Assembly: GCA_002794465.1 (NCBI GenBank)
Contig: MTSL01000077.1
Location: 28,466-49,171, forward strand
DNA length: 20,706 nucleotides
Direction: 5' to 3'
DNA from: Paramicrosporidium saccamoebae KSL3
Lineage: Eukaryota; Fungi; Cryptomycota
Part shown: in pieces, positions 8,275 to 17,130 of the stretch
How the letters are laid out: each line of letters begins with the position of its first letter
Position numbering within the stretch: the first letter of the stretch is position 1
Position numbers and translations under genes: made by a program
The notes under the pieces: model-generated
Told to the model about the DNA's origin: nothing
What the model saw: the letters and a program-made list of their open reading frames with translations, nothing else
Database searches by the model: none

Positions 8275-8858
8275 ATGTCCGGAACGAGTGGTGGAAGCCT
8301 TACGGCTCTGAAGCGACTAATGACAGAATATAAAGGTTTGTTAACCTATGGGGCGATGACCTGTAGAATTATCGCTAAACGCACCAGACGGCATTACAGC
8401 AGGACCTATCAGTGAGGACAACTTTTTTGCTTGGGAGGCCATCATCGAGTAACTATCCGCTGTGAATGTTAACACTGTCCAGAGGCCCATCCGGAACGCC
8501 ATACGAGGGCGGAATATTCCCTGCCTTGATCAACTTTCCCCGCGACTACCCACTAAGTCCTCCGCAAATGCGCTTCTCCGGTCGCCTGTTCCACCCAAAT
8601 ATTTATCCAGACGGACGGGTATGCATCAGTATTTTACACCCACCAGGAGATGACCCCAACATGTACGAAAGCAGCTCTGAACGATGGAGTCCCGTCCAGA
8701 GTGTAGAAAAGATTTTGCTCTCCGTCGTCAGCATGCTGGCCGAGCCCAATGATGAGAGCGGGGCCAACATTGATGCCTCCAAAATCTGGCGTACCAATAG
8801 AGCAGAATTTGATCGGATTGTCAAGGATTGTGTTCGCGAATCGCTCGGTTTGCTTTAA
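8275..8858 (+). CDS. UBC7: Ubiquitin-conjugating enzyme E2 Ubc7/UBE2G2, 172 aa; exons 8275-8335, 8367-8448, 8483-8858
   Basis: Spliced product begins [47 protein letters not shown]. Contains [17 protein letters not shown] (catalytic Cys) and the Ubc7-type insert [25 protein letters not shown] introns of 31 and 34 nt. Confidence 0.95.
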
Positions 8859-9256
8859 ATTATCAATAAACAGTTTCTTTTGTAGCGCAGTCACTAATGC
8901 GAGTCAAGACGACTTGCTGAGCCTAACTAACTCGCAGAAGACGTGCAAAGGCAAAAGGTCGTTTAACCCTGTGATGTAGAGAACTGATCAGCTGGGTATT
9001 CAAGGATTATTACATTATTTGCGAGACCATAAATAGGCTGTTGGATTAATAGTGGACGGATTCCCGTCTGACCTGGTACGTGGTATTATCATCTCTACGC
9101 GATAATACAACTCAAGAGCACGGCTATTTTATGGATTGGGTGCACGAGTCACTCGGCCTGCTTTAAATTACAAATAAACGATTTCTTTTGTAGCGCGGGA
9201 TGGCGACTGCCGCAGCCGCTAATGAGAGTCGAGGCGACTTGCTGAGCTGGATTAAC
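8825..9256 (+). repeat. Diverged direct duplication of the UBC7 3' end / EB1 5' end junction (8825-8931 versus 9133-9256)
   Basis: First 64 nt align at 53/64 and the next 32 nt at 27/32. The left copy has a 17-nt deletion that removes the EB1 ATG. Confidence 0.88.
9079..9108 (+). repeat. Dispersed motif copy 3, here forming an 8-bp inverted repeat
   Basis: 9079-9102 is 21/24 identical to 14629-14652. gtattatc (9083-9090) and gataatac (9101-9108) are perfect reverse complements around a 10-nt loop. Confidence 0.65.
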
Positions 9257-10053
9257 GACCTGCTTCAACTTAATGTGTCAAAGATTGAACAGGTTGGCAC
9301 TGGTGCAGTGCTCTGTCAGATTATGGACTCAATATACGGTATCCGGCCGCTGTGTGACTTGAATTGCAGGTGACGTGCAAATGCACAAGGTCAAGTTTAA
9401 TACAATCCAAGAGTACGAATATGTCAACAACTTTAAAGTGCTGCAATCCTGCTTCACTCTGCATGGACTCGATAAGGTATTGCCATTTTCGGGTCTGCAT
9501 TGTATAGTTTATCCCAGTTGACCGTCTGGTGAAATTAAAGTTTCAAGACAATTTGGAATTCTTGCAATGGATGAAAAAGTTCTGGGACAGCAATTATCCT
9601 GGCGGCAGTTATGATGCCATTGCCCGTCGCAAGGGTCTCGCTGGTTGCCAAGACGTCTCTAATCAGCGAACCTCCAGTGGCTCCCGTATTTTGACAATAC
9701 TTGGTTAATTTCTAGTGAAAACGGTTTCCAGGTCCTCGGCCTCGCTGGTTGGTGCTCAACGCATCAACGCTGCTACTCCGCCGGCCACCCCGTCGACCGT
9801 CAGCCATTTTCAGCAGACCATTAATCACCTCAACAATGATCTAACCACTGTAAAGTTGCAGCTGGATGAGATGGAGAAGGAGCGTGATTTTTATTTTAAT
9901 AAGCTCCGTGATATTGAGATTATAACCCAACAGGTCACTGATTCTGCTGTTCTGGAGAGTGAAATGTTCAAGTGCATCACCGAGGTCCTGTACAAGACTG
10001 AAGACGGATTCGAGATTCCCCAAGAGATGGAAGGCGGGGCTGTTGTGGTCTAA
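9200..10053 (+). CDS. BIM1: Microtubule plus-end-tracking protein EB1/Bim1/Mal3, 253 aa; exons 9200-9338, 9370-9476, 9508-9685, 9716-10053
   Basis: CH domain ([56 protein letters not shown]) and EBH domain ([26 protein letters not shown]). Introns of 31, 31 and 30 nt. Confidence 0.96.
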
Positions 10054-10148
10054 TAAATCTATTTAAGGGGCACGTGAAGCCATATTTCCTATTTCAGCTT
10101 ACCCAGCACGAGTAATCTGAAAACCGACTCTTGCAGCCAGCATAAATA

Positions 10149-10665
10149 ATGGAATCAAAGCCGATCACGAGTCGCTACCGACCAAATCCGCTGGGTATTG
10201 CCCTTTCTGCATTTCAGGCATGTCTCTTGCTGGTAAGCGCAACTTGATGACAGTAATGGCCAGCTGAATGTGGTGATAGAGACAAGACATGTAATTTTCA
10301 ATCAAAAAGCCCTGGGATCGCTGTACATTGTCCCGCTCATCATTGTGTATGCCGCAGCAATTGCCTGCATTGTGTCGCTTCTCATTCCTCCCCATCCCAG
10401 CACCCGTCTTGCCGTACTCTTTGTCATGGCCTAATGATCATAGTGTATCATCACATATGGCTTGCATGGAGTCTGCAGCCTAGTATTCATTGAGCAGGCA
10501 TGGATTGTGGACGAGCTGCTCGTCAATTATACTATACCTGCCATCCTTGATATCAGTCTGACCATTGCCAACATTAATGGGCCCGGCTCTACTCCGGGTA
10601 AGCTGCTACCCTACCGTCTGGACACGACCAATATATCGTTCAGTTCCGCCCAGCACCTTCCATAA
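10149..10665 (+). CDS. Hidden 3-exon four-TM membrane protein, 151 aa; exons 10149-10232, 10264-10413, 10444-10665; dispersed member of the 4TM family
   Basis: Phase-0 GT-AG introns of 31 and 30 nt restore one open frame with four hydrophobic stretches. Intron positions (after ..LLL and after RLA) match those in the 14920 and 15596 genes. YRPNPLGIAL resembles YTRSSLGTAL. Confidence 0.78.
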
Positions 10666-10725
10666 CCATCGAGAACCCCTCCCTGGTGCCTCATGTACCG
10701 ATATCGCAAAATATAAAACATTTTA

Positions 10726-11784
10726 ATGCTACGGCAATTCTCCACGGGCCTCTTTATCCCAAAATTGCTCGGAGGACCCGGAAAGTGTATTCTTGACCGT
10801 GGGGTTGTGAGTGTGACGGGACAGGACGCGGCAAAGTTTTTGAATGGCATTTGCACAAGTAATATCTTTAAATGGTCTTCAAACCCCAATGTCCCTGGAG
10901 TGTTCGCCGGCTTCCTTACTCCGCAAGCATACGACTGCACTTTTCTCATAAACTTAGGGACGCTTAATGTACGATGCCTTTATATATCGGCATCAGGACG
11001 GCTTTGTGCTCGATTGCGACCGTCGTGTCACTGGTGATTTCATGTTCCACCTGAAACAGTACAAATTAAGAAGTAAGATTGAAATCATGGACGAGTCAGC
11101 GACCATGTCCATTTGCGCCGGGTGGAATGGAGAAGCGGAGGATAATGCAGTAAAAGATGAACGCTGTGATTGGAACATGTGGAGAACAATTGTCACGTCG
11201 ACAGATGGCGTGAGCAGGGACACGGATATCTACAATACACTCCGGATGATCAAGGGAGTGCCAGAGGGACCCGTGGAGATAGCACGAGGAAAGGCTATCC
11301 CCATGGAATACAATCTCGAATTGATGAATGGAGGTACTCTGGGACCTCACCTCTCTTACATATAGTCGATCTCCACAAGGGCTGTTACATGGGACAGGAA
11401 TTGATTACGCGCACATTGCACAAGGGAGTTGTTAGGAAGCGCGTCGTTCCGCTTCGATTGTACGAAGAAGGGCAGAGATCTGACAAAGAGTTTGTTCCCA
11501 ATCCCACTTGTACCTTTGAGGGACTCGATCTGGGGAGCGAGCTCCACAAAATTGAACCGAACACTGCCACTACCATCCGGGAGATTACCAAAATCGAGCC
11601 CACTCGCAATTTTGGGAAAATAATCGGTCTCGTCGGCAATATGGGATTAGCGCTAGTTCGGTTGGAGGATATACCTCCGAACGGTACTTTTGCCGTTCAC
11701 AGGCCGCATCTGTCCCCCGGGGCGCCAACATTTCTACTCGGCCGCGTAACTATCCCGGATTGGTGGCCAGTAAACACAAAATGA
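10726..11784 (+). CDS. IBA57: Mitochondrial Fe-S assembly factor Iba57/Caf17 (GcvT/YgfZ family), 331 aa; exons 10726-10926, 10958-11333, 11366-11784
   Basis: DRGVVSVTGQDAAKFLNG, FLTPQ|GRLMYD, YKLRSKI, and the signature KGCYMGQE motif. N-terminal presequence-like MLRQFSTG. Intron 1 is GC-AG (31 nt), intron 2 GT-AG (32 nt). Confidence 0.93.
10927..10957 (+). other. GC-AG intron, 31 nt, in IBA57
   Basis: gcatac...aacttag; removing it joins PQ to GR in the conserved FLxPQGR motif. No GT alternative restores this. Confidence 0.8.
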
Positions 11785-11951
11785 GCTAGTACATAGAGAT
11801 ACGTGTGAAGCGGTACATCTGTAAAGGGTCTGTTGAAGAGCAGTAAAGTTATTTACTAGAGCTTGTGATGTGCTGAGAGCGGATTAGTTATAAAAGGGTT
11901 ATGGGCGAGACGATTTAGATACGAATCGACTCCATAGAGGGTCTTTACCTC

Positions 11952-12112
11952 TAATCTTATGCTTGTTTAATCCTACACTTGATTAATCCTACGCTTGAGT
12001 AATCCTACACTTGTCACTCAAACTCTACATTACTACTCTCATACTACATTTTTTTACTCAAATCTCACGCTCACTACTCTCATGCTACACTTTTTGCTCC
12101 AATCTTACATCT
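11952..12112. repeat. Four 16-bp tandem copies (taatcctacacttgNN, 11952-12015) followed by two ~40-bp copies (12032-12112)
   Basis: Direct inspection; lies in the IBA57-DET1 spacer and accounts for the low-complexity N-terminal extension of track ORF 11995. Confidence 0.85.
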
Positions 12113-12144
12113 TTTACAAAAACAATAATACACTTTATCTATCG

Positions 12145-13876
12145 ATGAATCATGCGTTGACGCCATCGACTCTTGACAGGCTGGAGTATCAAAGGGAGCT
12201 GTGTGAGGATAATTCTGTTGGCGAATACTTGCTTAATCGGGCAATTGGTTTCGAAGCGCCTACTGTGGCCCGACAGGCTGCCCGGAGGCAGTACGTCAAT
12301 ATTCCACCTAGCGAGACATTGTACGAACAAGAATTTCCTGCAAGTCTAAAGCGTTTTTCTCTAACTGGAAGAGCATGCCATGCCATAATGTTTTGACTGT
12401 TAGTACTTGATTGGTTTTGGGAGGAGCAGTCACTCTGTCATGATATTCAACGTGTCTTTCACTGGAGCGCCCAGAACAGCAGACAACTTCTTTACGCTCA
12501 GAAATGAGGTGTTGCTCTGTGCGGGCACAGAAAATCTCTGTCGCGATTTCTGTCTATTCACGCCCGACGATCGCTTCGTACTCTGCAGTGGGGGATTGAC
12601 GTTATAGATTATTGTTGCATCGGCAGAGTCTTCAAACAACACATTTAATGTCGAGCCAGAGAGGCCCCCGAATAGTAACCCACACTCGCTAACAGGTCTA
12701 TCCAGTCTTGACGATGTCCGGTTTCATTCCATTGACATAATGACAGGAAAAGTCGTAGACCGCATAAAGTTTACTCGTGACTACATCCTGCTCTCTAACT
12801 ATGCTGGGGTTTCAATGAACGGCAGAAAATTGGCCATAGTTTCTCTACAAAATCAGCTGATCAAGATTTATGAAATTGATCACAAAGGACGGTTTAATGC
12901 GAAGCAAATCGTCGGGTACAGCCTTTACGGAGATGATTACGAAGAAGTTTCTGGCAAGCCCTTGTTGGGGTTTAGACAGCGTCTCATGTCGTATCTGTAT
13001 CGAAACGCCCTGGAAAAGGAAAATCCGCAATTATCGGTGCGACTGTTGTATAATAACTGGGAAATTGTTGAAAATCTGTGCATTTCCCGAGTCCAATTTC
13101 TGGACGACGCGCATTTGCTGATCAAACTAACTTGTCCAGAGTCGCTTTCGGTGAGATCGCGAGCAATGTCCGACAGTGTTCTTCAAAACACTGCATTCTT
13201 TGTTGTATATAATCTTCAGGACACTCAAATCGAATGCTTCCACCGCAGCACCAGCCAGGTATAGATTTTTTTAACAAGTCCCTAATTCTAGTAGGAATTG
13301 TACGAGGCTGTTCGGGACTACAATGACTATCTTCGTGTCGTCTCTGCAACGGATCCCACCTCGGATCATGGCATATCGTGGCAGTCCACCCCATCAACGG
13401 ATATTTATGAAAGACAAGTTTGGGAGCGCAATGTGCAATTGCTCGCTGCCTCTCGACCAGCACAGGGAGATTTGTATGCCGCCAAGAGATTGCTGCTTTC
13501 GTTGCCGTACTCGCCCCAGACATACTCGGAATCTCCTTACTTGGATCCCAGCATCTTTAGATTCGATGAAAGATCAGTGTCATCCTCAGAGAGACAAAGG
13601 AGTGCCGCCGATTTCCCAGTTCGGTTCTTTTCAAGACGGAGTGATCGGGTAGCATTCCGATTGAATAGCGGTTCCTGTCCCGATACAGCCCCTCCGTCGT
13701 CCAACCCGTACCGTGTCAAGTAACTCGTCAGCGTCACTCTAACATTTTGTAGAAAATACACACAATGGATATTTCATCCATATCTCCCGCTAGTAATTTC
13801 GTCTCAACACACTTTGATTCGTTCCAATACGGTAAATATCCACTACAAGCCATCCCATTCGAGAGGTATCCAATAA
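12145..13876 (+). CDS. DET1: DET1 (de-etiolated 1) homolog, CUL4-DDB1 associated, 533 aa; exons 12145-12372, 12404-12577, 12608-13258, 13295-13719, 13753-13876
   Basis: Colinear matches to metazoan/plant DET1 motifs: LKRFSLTGR|YLIGF, NLCRDFCLFT, LAIVSLQNQLIKI, QFLDDAHLLIK, FFVVYN, LPYSPQTYSESPYLDPSIFRFD, FPVRFFSR, IFHPYLPLVIS. Introns of 31 (GC-AG), 30, 36 and 33 nt. Confidence 0.93.
12373..12403 (+). other. GC-AG intron, 31 nt, in DET1
   Basis: gcatgc...ctgttag; removal gives TGR|YLIGF, matching DET1 DGRYFIAF. Confidence 0.8.
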
Positions 13877-13950
13877 AAGTCACGCCATTTTTTTCTCATC
13901 CAATGGACTGAAGCGTATTAGATGGCCGCCTCCGGTCAGTCTGGCGTACG

Positions 13951-14420
13951 ATGGAGTTTAGAAGAAGTGTTCCTGGCACTATTATATTTGTCCTCTTAGC
14001 CCTGATTCACCTTGTACACTTTTCCTTTCCTTTGCTAAAATTTACTAGGATGCGTTCTATGAGATAGTAAGGTCTATCTGGGACTGGGAGTACCTTGACT
14101 GGGTGGCCCTTCTTGCCGAAATCCTTCAAGTCTTAGTCTTTGTCGTCTACGTTTTTATGATCTTCTTTCCCATCAAGACTTTTGTCGGGCGAATCTCGGT
14201 TGCTTTTGTCTTTGCCTTGAACTTTGTAAGCAACTTGACAGCGTTTATCGTGCTGTACCAGGCACGGAGGATGGTCGATCTGGTGGTCTTTATGTTAGCA
14301 GCGTTAGATTTAATTATTGTCCTTGTGCTGCTCATTAATCCCCGCGGACGGGTGGCCAAGGTGACACCCTTCTATGCAGTAATGGACAGCCATATGTCGC
14401 AAAACAGCCCCGCAAAGTAA
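13951..14420 (+). CDS. 4TM family member A, 144 aa; exons 13951-14013, 14049-14420
   Basis: MEFRRSVPGTIIFVLLALIHL|DAFYE..., one 35-nt phase-0 GT-AG intron, four hydrophobic segments, C-terminal KVTPFY. Confidence 0.82.
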
Positions 14421-14632
14421 AAAATTATTATTCTGGTTGGTGTGAAAATGTGTTATTAGAGACAATATCCGCCTGTTGCATGGCGGGAGCATAACTGTGA
14501 CGTAGAGGCAGAGGATGATTAGTTGGGTATATGACGTAGAGGGTTGATTAGTTGCTGGGTATTTGAGGACAGTGAGATGTGTATCCATACTATTCTAGGA
14601 TTAGCAGTGAACAACCCCCCTTCCCGTCCGTG

Positions 14633-14654
14633 GTATTATCCCCACTACGCGACA
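14633..14654 (+). repeat. Dispersed motif copy 4
   Basis: 22/22 identical to positions 2-23; preceded by ttcccgtc, as is the copy near 9061-9102. Confidence 0.8.
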
Positions 14655-14919
14655 TAACCACGGACACGTACTTTGTCATTTTTTTGTGGGAGCAGGGAAC
14701 TGTTTATTATCAACTGCCTTTTACGGGTAAAATCTCAACTAGCTACCCCATTCGAAGATCTGGCTTGAAAGTATGCATGGTTCAACTAATTGGTCGCAAC
14801 AGGAATCACCCAATAGACTGAACAAAATTTAGCAATGTGATTGGTTCCAAGTACCATGTCCAATGACTAGGTTTAAATGTATATACTACAAGATCCCAGC
14901 GAGTCGTCCAAGAGCCACA

Positions 14920-15395
14920 ATGAGCGAAGTAAAGAGAAGTGTTGGAGGGACGGTGCTGTTTGTGACTATGGCCTTGGTCCTTTTGGTAATCACGACTTTC
15001 TAGGCTAACTAATAGGCCTCATTCATTGAGATCATTCAAGACTTGATTTACAATCGATTCCGGGCTCTCTGGGGCAACATCCTTGGCCTTATTATTTTCC
15101 CAATGATACTTCTCATGCTCTTTGTGCACTTTAATTATCGCACGCTTCGCATCGCCGTACCTCCCCATGGCTGTTTATAATTTCATAGAGTGGCGTTGTT
15201 TTCATAGTAGGAGCTGTGCTACGCTTAATCTTTTTCCTTGTCATGCTATTCCAGTATGGGATCTATTCTGGAACAAGTGCTTCAGTCATGTTCCCCATGC
15301 TGACTGCGGGAATTGCACTGTGCATGAAGTCTGACTCCAAGCTAGCGCCCGTTTTGCCCTTTTACAAAGATCCTTTAGTGGAATCGCCAGTGTAA
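14920..15395 (+). CDS. 4TM family member B, 137 aa; exons 14920-14985, 15016-15156, 15189-15395 (absent from the ORF track)
   Basis: MSEVKRSVGGTVLFVTMALVLL|ASF...TLRIA|SGVV...APVLPFY; phase-0 introns of 30 and 32 nt. Confidence 0.85.
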
Positions 15396-15595
15396 ATAAT
15401 AGTGGCATTGTACATAGTAAAATGATAAAAATTGTGAGATTGAAAGTAAAGTTTGGGTCCTTGGTTGTATATATGCTCTTGCATAGTAATGTCATCTCTA
15501 TCGTGCCTTGTCGTGCTTAATCAGTGATTGGATACCTTGTGATGCACCCAATGAGCGCTCGTGGACTTAAAGCCTCGGCCATCCTCGAACTCGTG

Positions 15596-16092
15596 ATGCG
15601 AAGGATTGAGCGAAGTATTGGTGGCACTTTTTTGTTTGTCCTTATCGTTCTACTAGAGCTAGTACATCCAACCAACGTTTTTAAATATGTAGCAATATGT
15701 AATCTGGTTCGTCAGGGTGCTGTGTAACTTTCGCGAGATTCTTGAATCAAGTCCGATCTATGCGCTAACAAGGACAATTACTGGCATTGCAACAACGCTT
15801 TCCGTCCTTGTCTTGTTCACTATGCTCATTGTTCCTATCCGACGACGCATTCCCCGCTATATGGTAACCTTTAATGGCGTGATCTGATTTTTAGATATCC
15901 GGTGTATTTCTTCTGACCACATTGGCATCGCTTGAAGCGTTTGTAAAAAGTGCCATTAAAGATGGCTACACGGGTGATGTGGCAGCTCGAGGATTTGCCC
16001 GATTACTGCTGGTAGGAGTCATGTGCTTGCCCATTACGCATTGGCTAAACATTGTCACGCCATTCTGTGTAGTCGGAGCCAAAGAAGAGTGA
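15596..16092 (+). CDS. 4TM family member C, 144 aa; exons 15596-15661, 15693-15863, 15895-16092 (upstream in-frame ATGs at 15542 and 15551 also possible)
   Basis: MRRIERSIGGTFLFVLIVLLEL|QYV...PIRRRIPRYM|ISG...YTGDVAA...NIVTPF; two 31-nt phase-0 introns. Confidence 0.85.
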
Positions 16093-16434
16093 ATAAGGTG
16101 AATGGGGGGAGTGAAGGGAAAATATCAAGACTTATCAAGGAGACAACAAAAAACAGAAAAAGAGCCAACTAGTCACTACAGTAACTATCAAACTAATTGT
16201 GAGATTTTATATATGGATCAAGACCCCCCCCAATAAACGATTTATGCTACACACTGATTACTATACATCCTGCATTGGTTATTAAACGCTGGTCACTGAA
16301 TAATCCCACTTTAAACTAATCAGTTTGCATGGCTCTCCATCGCGTCTGTTACTGGACTTGAGCCCAACTACCAATCAGATCAGTTCATGCGATTCTTGAT
16401 TGGATAGACCCTTTCTCAGATCCTGAAGTCCACA

Positions 16435-16845
16435 ATGAATGAGATACAGAGGAGCCTAGGAGGCACTGTCCTCTTCATCGCCCTGATCTTGATTGAGATA
16501 GAATCTGCCATTCAGATTATTGGAAAAATTGCCTCCATCCGCAAATGGCCCCTAATGGAGACGGTTGTAGGCATTACCACACTCATATCGGTCCTCACTC
16601 TAACCATCTTACTTCTCTTTCCCATCAGATTCCGCCTCCCCCGTTTTATTGCTGCAGCAGTGCTGTTGGCTACAATGATTATTGATGCAGACTATTTTGT
16701 GAGGCATCTCATCATGAAGATATATAAAGGGGATGTGGCGGCAACCATTTTAATAAGAGGCATAGCTTCAATAGCGCTGTGCATGCCCATTTCATCGGTA
16801 ATCAGTGACGTGACGCCATTCATAGAGCGACCCGTCCACGAATGA
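16435..16845 (+). CDS. 4TM family member D, 136 aa, intronless
   Basis: MNEIQRSLGGTVLF...PIRFRLPRF...YKGDVAA...SDVTPF; closest to member C. Confidence 0.85.
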   Translation: MNEIQRSLGGTVLFIALILIEIESAIQIIGKIASIRKWPLMETVVGITTLISVLTLTILLLFPIRFRLPRFIAAAVLLATMIIDADYFVRHLIMKIYKGDVAATILIRGIASIALCMPISSVISDVTPFIERPVHE

Positions 16846-17123
16846 ATCCTAAAATAGTTGTTCTTTATCCAATAAATAGCGCCGTGCAGACCCATTTCAT
16901 CGACACCAGAGAGCGATCTGTTTATATCCGATCAGTAGCGCTGTGCATGCCTGTCGCTAGAAACCAGCAATATGGCACCAGAGAGCGGCCCGTTTACTAA
17001 TAAACTGGAGCAATTGCTTTATATCCGATCAATAGAGCTTTGCTTGCTCACGACATCAGAGAGCGGCCTGTTCATGAGTAGACCTTGAAATAGTTGTTTT
17101 CTAATTGACCAATAGCGATTGTC
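16769..17123 (+). repeat. Degenerate tandem copies of member D's 3' coding end and 3' UTR
   Basis: caatagcgctgtgcatgcc-like starts at 16769, ~16875, 16933, 17030 and 17110, with recurring cagagagcg, tttatatccgat and aaatagttgtt blocks. Confidence 0.75.
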
Positions 17124-17130
17124 GGTCGGT

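Noticed and set aside
11995-12144. N-terminal extension of DET1 suggested by the ORF track
   Set aside because: Starts at TTG inside tandem repeats and is low-complexity T/L/Y/H sequence; the ATG at 12145 fits DET1 length.
14226-14261. In-frame 36-nt GTAAGC...CAG candidate intron in 4TM member A
   Set aside because: It is stop-free, encodes part of predicted TM3, and does not match the family's intron-2 position, so I treated it as coding; RNA-seq could overturn this.
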